62,514 bases of DNA from NCBI GenBank assembly GCA_002269645.1, contig NIVC01001159.1, forward strand, positions 104,197-166,710, in the 5' to 3' direction. The notes below the pieces were generated by a model, which ran no database searches, was not told the origin of the DNA, and saw nothing but the letters and a program-made list of their open reading frames with translations. The first letter of the stretch is position 1. Each line of letters starts with the position of its first letter. Source of the DNA: Macrostomum lignano (taxonomy: Eukaryota). Positions 1 to 10,000 of the stretch are shown in pieces. Both the position numbers and the translations under genes were made by a program.

Positions 1-503
1 CAATTTATTGTTCAGAAAACTTGTGATTAATAATTGAACTTTAAATAAGGTAGTCACGGTGTTAGAAACTTTAAATATAGGAACACAAAAAATAATTAAA
101 AAATCAACCGTAACTGAGAAGCTACAAATTTTAAGCAGATTAACTTGAGTAGACATTGGAGCAGATCAACAAGTAGCTTACGCGAGCTCTTGAGCTGAAG
201 GGGCAACCCAGCAGTCGGGAAAGCAAAAACTTGAATAAATAATAAAAAAACACGTCGGATCAAAAAAACTTATAAATATAAAAAAAATTGCGGCTAAATA
301 TGGATAGGCACGGCACACAAAACAGAAGGCTGCAAGTTCAGGAAAAGTTCGGTTGCTTGAGTAAACTGGAGGACAGTGTTTCAGCAGCAAGAACGATTGT
401 TTGTCATAAGATAAACATCTCGATAACAAATTTTTAGCTAATTTTCGTGGCTACTGGGCTACATTTGCTTTGGGTTACAAAGCTGCTACTTTCAATTCTA
501 ATT

Positions 504-3500
504 CTAACTCTTCTCAAGGCTACTACTTAGCACGTTGCTGAGTGAATATAATAGTGTCGACGTCTCAGAACCGCTAAAAAATTTCATTGAGCAGCCTCTA
601 AACTTTCCGAGCTCTTTCTGATCGAAGCTAACAAGTCGTGAAAGCTGGTCGACCTTCTGCGGCGTAAGATGAAATAGGCCGTCTTCCATCCGAACTTTCG
701 TTTGCTGCAAGTGGCCGCTTACCACAGTCATGATGGTATTTAGGTCGAGCTCACGAAAGTTTTCCTCGATGAAATCGCAAACAGTCTGCACGTACACCGA
801 ACCCGTGTCGGGGCTTCTAAAGGCGGCTGAGCCTGGAATATTGGCATAGCAAACCAAAACGTCGCCCTTTTCGGGAAGAACTGCAGTGTTGCACACTGGA
901 GCGGGTGCCTCATCCGTTTCTACACGAGAATTGGGCAGAACAACTTGTCGCGATGGCTTCCGCGACAGGCCTGGATGAAGAACACCTTTGGCTTTCCTTC
1001 GAGGCTGCGGCAGACAGACGTCTGTGAAGTGGTGGTGAAGTCTTGGGCCTTTGAAACAATAAGTATGCAGTGTACACTAGACTTTTCTAAATGCGAAAAA
1101 CAAGTTCATTCTACGTGACCTACGCGCACTCGTTACCTTGGCCGTTAATTTAAACTTTCGCTTCAAATGACCCTTCTATTGATTCAATATTATGCATTTC
1201 TATTTGGGAGAATTTTAATATTACAATTTTTGTTTATGTCTTGATAAAAATATAAAAGATGATATTCTTGGCAATACGCTCGTAGTTGGGCTTACCTGGA
1301 ACCTATCAGTCAGATATTGAATGTGGTAGGGCAACCCGTCCCTACCGTAGATGCAGTCTTGGCTGCCGTGCGCCATCATGAAGCAGACAAAGCTGCCGTG
1401 CTTGGCAAGGTCAGGTGATTTCTTTATCTCACTGAGGAAATCATCTATCTCCGCAGCAGTGAGGTTCTCTTTTATCCAGACGATGAAGCGCAGACTCTCG
1501 AATACCTGTTTTACTCGTTCAACATCGCGAACCGAACCTTGACGCTCTTTGTGACTGAATGTGATGTGACTTCCGGAGTCGTACCTGCTGATGTTGATGA
1601 TCAGGCAGTAGCCTTGCGGGTCCGTAACTGGATAGAAATTTCCTTTGAGCCTGGAATGCAGCAGATGCTCAATATCTCGTATACATGTACTTTCTATTGT
1701 ATCAAGGCCAAACAATACAATGTAGTGGCACCTTGAGCGTTGAGGTTGGACTGGTCTGCCACGCACAGCTTCTGTAGGATTTCTAAAAGATTTTCATATT
1801 GACATAGGAATAAATTCAATATAGGCTGGTATATTGAATATTTGTAAGCACTTCCCCAAGACCACGAGAAAAATATCTTTAACTTTGACTCACCGATCGG
1901 GTTCATCATCGCTTGGTTCCTCGCCAGGGGCATGGTCCGTGAAAACGTTTCGTCTGAAATGGCCAAAAAGGGTAAGCAGTTCTCTCAGCTGTGTGCTGTA
2001 GCTGTGTGCTGTAGCTGTGTGTGCTGTAGCTGTGTGTGTGTGTGTGTGTGCTGTAGCTGTGTGTGCTGTAGCTGTGTGCTGTAGCTGTGTGCTGTAGCTG
2101 TGTGCTGTAGCTGTGTGTGCTGTAGCTGTGTGTGCTGTAGCTGTGTGCTGTAGATGTATGCTGTAGCTGTGTGTGCTGTAGCTGTGTGTGCTGTGGCTGT
2201 GTGTGCTGTGGCTGTGTGTGCTGTGGCTGTGTGTGCTGTAGCTGTGTGTGCTGTGGCTGTGTGTGCTGTGGCTATGTGTGCTGAGGCTGTGTACTGAGGG
2301 AACTCACGGCAGTGCCAGAGGCTTGTCGAAGTAAATCTTGCCGTCGTACCTAAAAGGCAGTGCGGTTTCTGAAGTCAGGGAAAGTTGCGTGAGCCGATGC
2401 TCTTTGTTAAAATCTATCTGTTTTATCGATTGTCATTCTGTTGAATTTGTGGTTATCGTGCAGCAGCCGTAAATTACGAGCTTTATACTCAACAGCATTG
2501 AAAAAGTCGCCACTCTGCACCAGTGAACAATTTCTCTTAAACTATTCTGAAATCAAAAAAATACGAGAAAACTGAGGGCTAGCTTTAATTCGTCCTCGCA
2601 CCGTCCGATTCCCCCCACTTCATTCCTCAACCCAAGTATGTGGCGTGGCGTAGCCAAAGTTGCATTACTAGCAAGACTGAGAGACTTCATCTGCACACTC
2701 GAAGGTGGCGACCATAGACGGAATCTTTCAGATGCTGCTGAGTATATATTGTTACTATGGTTTACCATAATACTTGTATGTCTATGGTTGAAGTTGGGAT
2801 GGGGGTGTGGGGGCGAAGCCCCCACATTCTTACCATAGAAAAAAATTTCATTAAGAAATTTCTCGAGTCACGAAGGAAGAGAAGAGAGAAGCTCGCTTAT
2901 TTAGATACATATAATAATCCTTGCAATATGTCCGGGAAAGTGATCGATTAAATCCCGCAAAATAAAATCTATGTCAATAACCTCCCTGAAAGTGAGCTTT
3001 AAATTGGTTTAATGACATTAACTGCCCGCTAATTTGCATTAAAGCAAGTTTGACTCCTGCAAGCGGGCTTAAACGTAGTCTATGGGATTAAAAAGCAAGA
3101 ATAAGTGCCCAGCGGGCACAAAGGTCATGGTACAATGCAAATTAGCGGGCAATTATGTCATTAACTGCCCGCTAATTTTGTCCCACTTTGTCAAGGACAC
3201 AAATGTCTATGTTTATGGCACAATAATAGTAATACCCATGCTTTGCGGGCGTTAATGAGAAATCCTCCTAACGCCGCCCTCTGATTTTCCCATTACGCTC
3301 GTAACGCCCTTCAAGCATGGGTATTAATGTACTATCACTCCTTGTCTTTGAGTTATTTTAATAATTGAATCATTTACTGTTTGTCAATGATAGATCAAAG
3401 TCAGAGAGACATTCTCAGTCGCCATGGAAACTCACCCACGCAGCAGCTCAGCCAGTTCCTTCCTACCCTCCTTTTTGGCAAAATCCAGCGCAGTCCTGCC

Positions 3501-5420
3501 GCGTCCGTCCTCCAGGCTCCAATCCACCCCCGAGTCCAGCAGAACCCGACCGACTGCGGCGGCGGTGGCGGGGGGCGCATGGATGGCTGCCCACGAGAGG
3601 GCCGTGGATTCCCACTGATTCCTGGCATTGGCGGAGGCTCCGGCAGCCAGCAGAGCGGAGGCTGCGGCAGAATTGCCAGCCCTGGCTGCATGGTGCAGAC
3701 AACTGCAAGCCCATATATTCGCACAGGTGGGGTCACCCAGCTGCACCAGCTGCTTCCACAGAGCCTCATCACGGCACGAGCTGTTCCGAGCTGCGTACAT
3801 CAGTGCGGTGAAACCCCAGTTGTCAGGCAGGTCGCAGCGGCCGCGGGTCACCGCTCGCCGTAGCCTCGCCGAGTCGCCCGCTTCGGCCAGCCGCTGCAGT
3901 TCCTTTCGATCCGCCTCCTCCTGCAAAAGCAAGCGGGAAATTTGAGCACAGCTGCTCAGCTGCAGCCGCATCGGCACCGCAGATGCCGCTCACCTGGGCT
4001 GTCAGGCCGGAGATATAGCCATTTTTTCCCACAACCAGCCGCATCTCCCTGCAACAGTAAAAAAGTGAGCGGCAAATTTGCAATTTTCCTAAATCTGACA
4101 ACTGGCCGCCAAAATTAAAATTTATTATTTACCATAGAAGTTTTATGGTAAATTTTAGAAAATATAAACTGGCAATTAGGCGGTTAAGGCCCCTTCGGGG
4201 GACCTGTACCTCCTTGTATGCCCCAGAGTATTTGTGAGACATTTGTGAAAAAGCATCCCCAGATGGCAAGTATATCCCAAAAACAAGCACCCGGATCCCC
4301 GATATAAATGCAACATAGTTTTGAAGCTAAAAATGGAATAAAGAATTTAAATAAACTACATGTAGCTTCTGAGCTTTAAGTCTTGACATCTCAGCAATTC
4401 CCCATGAGCCTTGACATCTCAGCAATTCCATTATGAGCCTTGTCATCTCAGCAATTCCATTATGAGCCTTGACATCTTTGCAATTGGCCTTGACATCTCA
4501 TCAATTCCCCCCAAGGTTCGCTTTTAAATGTGTCACACAGACACTCACTCTTGGTATATATTGGATTCCTAATTATCTAATTAGCTGCTCACAGATGGAC
4601 TTTTCAAAAGAACTGCAGCAGCGAACTGCTCACTCACCGCTCGATGTAGCTGGCCAGCTCTGAGTGGCCGCTGAGCCTCGCCAGGTCCGACGCCGTCCGA
4701 CCCTCGCGATTTTTCAGTCCGAGCAGCCGCGACCTCTTCGAGTTTCCGTGCTGTCTGCACTCATTGAACATTGCCTGCCTGAGCAGGTGCAGCAGGTGCT
4801 TGGCGCATTTCCAGCTTCCAGTCCGCGCCGCCTCCATCAGCGGAGTGGCGCCGTTGTCGTTCCGCAGCCACTTCGCATCGAACGACAGCAGCGTCAGCAG
4901 CCGCAGGTGGTCCCGCCGGGCTGCCAGGTGCGCAGCCGTGTCACCGTTCGCGTCAGCCGCCTTGGAGTTCGCGCCCAGCTTAAATAAGTACAAGATGCAC
5001 TTTTCAGTGTGCACGGGAGTCTCAGGAGCGTCGGCCACCAGCATGAGGACGGTCCGACGAGCTGCATCAGCTCTGGTGACCAGCTGGCGCGTTGCCAGCC
5101 GCCGCACCTGTCCGAAGTCACCTCGGATGGCGTCGTGGGCGAGAGTCTGGAGATCGGCTGGTGAGTCTCCGACGCTTTCCCGGTTGCTGGGGTCCGGCTG
5201 AGTGAGTTTCTGCAACTGCAATTGAGACACCTGGGAGTTACATCAAAGTACTGAAATTTTTTGAGTCAACTTGCACAAGCAACCGGAGTCGCCGACTGTA
5301 GATAATTACTACTACATGTATTCAGTTTCTGTCGCTTCAACTTACCGCAGAGTTAGGGAAGTCGGTAATTATTTCTTCATCTTCTGACGATGAATTCGAA
5401 TCGTCTGAGGAGCTTGACAT
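504..5420 (-). CDS. Ankyrin-repeat (~10 repeats) + caspase (p20/p10) fusion protein, 8 exons, ~735 aa, with one apparent 1-nt frameshift in the intersubunit linker
   Basis: Hand-spliced exons: 5420-5346, 5230-4638, 4048-3994, 3920-3436, 2349-2308, 1953-1894, 1650-1296, 1048-504. All introns are GT..AG and the phases match (0,2,0,2,2,2,0). Ankyrin motifs include GDTAAHLAA, GATPLMEAA, GFTALMYAA and GRTALDFA. Caspase motifs include YCLIINIS, RQGSVRD, FMMAHG (catalytic His), KPKVFFIQACRG (catalytic Cys, 967-965) and the p10 segment DVLVCYANIPGSAAFRSPDTGSVYVQ. The QACRG frame stops at TAG 922-920; p10 is in another frame. Confidence 0.88.
1988..2295. repeat. GT-rich minisatellite (gctgtgtg(tg)ctgta)n in intron 5 of the ANK-caspase gene
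   Basis: Direct tandem repetition of 13-15 bp units. Confidence 0.9.
3011..3326. repeat. Two adjacent inverted-repeat/foldback structures in intron 4 of the ANK-caspase gene (MITE-like)
   Basis: aatgacattaactgcccgctaatttgcatt (~3011-3040) is nearly the reverse complement of ~3133-3161. taatacccatgctt (3230-3243) pairs perfectly with aagcatgggtatta (3313-3326). Confidence 0.7.
4380..4510. repeat. ~29 bp tandem repeat (gccttgacatctcagcaattccattatga) x4-5 in ANK-caspase intron 2
   Basis: Visible tandem units. Confidence 0.8.
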
Positions 5421-7029
5421 GGCAAAGCGCGGGCTTCTTAATTGTTGGCGCAGGATGTTGTCCGCAGCTTTGCATCCTGCTGAGCAGCAGATTTTATTGC
5501 TTTGCGGCGGCTGCTCGCAGCGGATTGGCTGAACAAGTTTCCATGTCACTGATGCACATTACACAGCTATTTCGAACTCTGCTCGTATCTCGTCTCACCT
5601 GTTTCTTTAATTAGCAACGAAAGCTCTTTCAAAAGCTGTGTCAGAAATGTACGGCATTGCTGTACACAATAGATAGCTATGTTCTATAGAATATCCTGAT
5701 GGAATATCCAGACTATTTGAGCTGACTGAGACCCTTACTCTACTAAACATAAGCACCCACCTCCTGGCATATATCAATTATGGTAATTAATGCAAAAACT
5801 ATATTTCGGACTAAACAATATAATAAGCACAATGTCAGCTGAACCCGCACACAGGCACACTGAGATTAACATTATTAGTAAGGAGCAGAGAATATGCGTC
5901 TATAGTGTTGAGACTGCATCGAGCTAGCCTCATGAAGGCCTGCGTGCCGCCGGTGAAGAGGTGGATGAGAAGCATGAGAGATGAAGCCAACAATTCCTGG
6001 AAATCGGATGCTGCTAGAAATTCTATTTAAAGTACATGTTCAACTTTATGACAAACTTGCGTCCACAACACATGAATGTGGATCTCAGATGCAAAATCGG
6101 CTCTCAGTTTTTTTCTATCAACCCGGATTCCACTGATTGTACTTGAAGGACCTGTTAAGCTCATAAAGTGGAGCTCGAGTAACATGTACGCAAATTATAA
6201 GCATTGTGATAAACTTTTATTTAGTTAACAAATTCACTTTTTTACGAGCCGTCAACGGCTGAGCCGCAAATGTCTATGAGCATTTCGTACAGTACGAGCT
6301 ATGCTCACTAACTAAAAGAGCCACGAAATATAATGAAGAGAACACTGTCTGTTGGGGTGAGTTAAAGGCTGCTACTCAAAATAACTAAAGGATTGGAAAT
6401 CAATTCTTAAGAAGACCAACACAGATGACACTAGGAAGCTATGCTTGGCAAAAAAGTGACGAAAATTTGACTTGGAATAGGGGAGAACAAGCAAGGGAAT
6501 ATTTAGGGAATATTTAGGGAATATTATCCCCTTGATTGTTCTCCCAAGTCTAACTTCTTAGTGCCATTGTGAGCAGAATGACAAAGATTCATTTCTTTGC
6601 GTGCATAGGTTACTCGGGTTCCACTTTATGGTCTTAAAATTAACAGGTTAAAAAGTTTAAAAAGAGGTTTAGCAGTGTCAATGGCAGGGTAGAGATTAAG
6701 GTATTTTATTTGATTTTGAATTTATATAACTGATGCCAGCTGACATACTGAGTTCTTCTAGCTCGACAATGGAATTAGTAGTCAGTACTCTGTCAGTAGT
6801 ATAAAATCGCTAAACAAAAAATGAACCATTAAAAAATCCACTTAAGCAGACAAATAAAATGCAAACTTGAAATTTGAACTCAGGGGTATTTTAATCAATG
6901 CATCAGCCATAAACAGCTGCTGAGCTGATTCTCACGGTTTATTGTAAAAGTCGTGACTGACTCAAACAAAATGCGGCACTGCAGTCTGCAGATACAATGC
7001 GATTGGTAAAAATCATTTAGAACACCAAG

Positions 7030-10000
7030 TCAGGAGGTCATGTGAGGACACAGCCGGGCCACATTGTAGGCATTGAGCAGCTCGGGCTTGAGGAACTTCC
7101 TGGCCCGCCAGTCCAGCTCGCCAACCAGCGCCGAATCACCCCAGCTGTCCTCGAACTCCAGGTAAGCCGCCCAGAAGGCCACCGAGCCGGGGCCGAGTCG
7201 GCCAGCGAGGCGTTCGAACTCGCGACGTACTCGAGCGATTGAGGCGGCGGAGCGGCTCGATGCGGCCTCCAGCTGGCAGTAGCGGCGCAGGGCACGAACT
7301 CCGGCCGTGTCCCTGGTAGGGGTGGCGGGAACGGTGGGAAACTGCTAGACGATATGTATAGAAAACCACTTTTTTAACTAGTGGACTCAAGTCAAGATTC
7401 CTACCGATATGTATCGAAATCATCTTTCAACTTGTTGACTGAGTATAACCAGGACTCCTTCCGATATGTATAGAAAACCGCTTTAAAATCTAATAAACTG
7501 GGTGTAATCAGGACACCTGCCGATATGTATTGAAAACGACTTTATAAACTAAAACTGGGTGTAATCAGGACTCATGCCGATATGTATCGAAAACCGCATT
7601 ATAAACTAATAAACTTGGTGTAGTCAGGACACCTGCCGATATGTATCGAAAACCGCTTTACAAACTAATAAACTGGGTGTAGTCAGGACACCTGCCGATA
7701 TGTATCGAAAACCGCTTTATAAATTAATTAAGGTATGTAACAAAATTAATTTTTTCGAATTTAACAGATATTTTAAATAACTATGACTATACAGATGTAT
7801 CTACCCAGAAGCTAAATAAGCAATTCTAGCAGTCAAATCATAACTGAAACCCACCTGGAAGCCGCCCAGACCTCTCGGGTCGCGTCCAGACCATCGGCAG
7901 CATCCAGCTTGGCCACAACTTCATTGTCAGGATCCGCAGCAGCAGCTCCGGCTGCATCAGCCACGCTCAGCATGGAGGCGTCCTCAACCTCCGCAGGCAG
8001 TGCGGCCAGCCGAGCCCGCAGGTCATCAGCGAACTTGTCAGCAACGGGCGGGCAGGCCTGAGCAGCTGACAGCAGCCCCGTCAGCAGCTGCCGATCCTCT
8101 CCTGTAGACCTAGACGTCGAGTCGCCGAAGGTCTCCAGCAGGGCGGACAGAACCAGCGCGGCGGGCTCGCCGGCAGCCACCGAGTCCTCGTCGATGCCCG
8201 AAGCGGCGGGCAGGTCCTGGCGGCGGTGCAGCAGCCAGGCGGTGAGGCCGCACTCCAGCTTCAGCAGGCCGAACAGCAGGCGGCGGCTGCGCTTGTGCAC
8301 CCGAAGACCGCGCAGTAGGAAGGCCCGCGCCAGCTGGGCGGACTGCAGCACCTCCTTGGCTGGGGCTGACAGCCGGGCATCGGCCTGCGGGGTGGGGGAG
8401 ACCCTTGGCTGGTGTCATTGATGATGAAGCTTACCTCATTAACCTGTGATGCTGCCGATCGAGCCCATAGCTAAACTGTTAAATCCTCAGCCAGTAAAAT
8501 TACAGCCAACAGCCGGTAAAAGCTACAATCACAACCGGTGAAACCTACAATCCTAACTGGTGAAACCTACAATCACAACCGGTGAAACCTACAATCCTAA
8601 CTGGTGAAACCTACAATCCTAACCGGTGAAACCTACAATTCTAACTGGTGAAACCTACAATCCTAACTGGTGAAACCTACAATCCTAACTGGTGAAGCCT
8701 ACAATCACAACCGGTGAAACCTACAATCCTAACTGGTGAAACCTACAATCCTAACTGGTGAAACCTACAATCCTAACTGGTAAAACCTACAATCCTAACC
8801 GGTGAAACCTACAATCCCAACCGGTGAAACCTACAATCCCAACCGGTGAAACCTACAATCCTAACTGGTGAAACCTACAATCCCAACCGGTGAAACCTAC
8901 AATCCCAACCGGTGAAACCTACAATCCCAACCGGTGAAACCTACAATCCTAACCAGTGAAACCTACAATCCCAACCGGTGAAATCTACAATCCTAACTGG
9001 TGAAACCTACAATCCCAACCGGTAAACCTACAGTCCTAACCGGTGAAACCTACAATCCCAACCGGTAAACCTACAATCCTAACCGGTGAAACCTACAATT
9101 CCAACCGGTAAACCTACAATCCTAACCGGTGAAACCTACAATCCTAACCGGTGAAACCTACAATCTTAACCGGTGAAACCTACAATCCTAACCGGTGAAA
9201 CCTACAATTCCAACCGGTAAACCTACAATCCTAACCGGTGAAACCTACAATCCTAACCGGTGAAACCTACAATTCCAACCGGTGAAACCTACAATCTTAA
9301 CCGGTGAAACCTACAATCCTAACCGGTGAAACCTACAATTCCAACCGGTAAACCTACAATCCTAACCGGTGAAACCTACAATCCTAACCGGTGAAACCTA
9401 CAATTCCAACCGGTGAAACCTACAATCTTAACCGGTGAAACCTACAATCCTAACCGGTGAAACCTACAATTCCAACCGGTGAAACCTACAATCCTAACCG
9501 GTGAAACCTACAATCCTAACTGGTGAAACCTACAATCCTAACCGGTGAAACCTACAATTCCAACCGGTGAAACCACCTAATCAACAAAGCAAATGAAACT
9601 CACAGGCACCCCATCAGCGTCAGTCTCCATTCCCAAAGCCTGCTGTTCACTTTTCTCTTCATCTTTCAGCGACTTCTTTCTGCCCTCCTTCTGTCGCAGC
9701 CAGCGAGCCCGCGCCTCCAGCCGGTCGGTCCAGTGCCAGTCTGCAGCGGCCAGCCAGAGGTCCTCGCGGCCCGAGTGCACCTGCAGCATCCGAGCCAGAA
9801 CTTTGCTGGCCATCTGCGGGTGTCCGATCTGCTCGCAGAATCTGGCGTGCGCGAGCCAGCAGTCCAGGCGCTCCTGGAATCTGTAGCAGGCCTGGCGGTG
9901 CAGCCGGTGCAGACGCTGCACTATGGAGGCTTCGATTCGATCCCGCTTGAAATAATAGCTGGCAGCGGCCCGCCTGTGCTTCAGGAGCAGCAGCAGCCCC

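Noticed and set aside
1651-1893. N-terminal part of ORF 1221-1766 and ORF 1694-1966 as caspase prodomain
   Set aside because: Splicing 1894 to 1650 fits phase and yields a sensible linker, so this stretch is intronic
3365-3945. Several plus-strand ORFs over the ankyrin exon (likewise over UTP6, INPP1, SAXO and the channel exons)
   Set aside because: Antisense shadows of GC-rich coding exons
7340-7730. CRISPR-like array (also considered for 20555-20790 and 8520-9575)
   Set aside because: Units are contiguous with no unique spacers, no cas genes are present, and the context is eukaryotic
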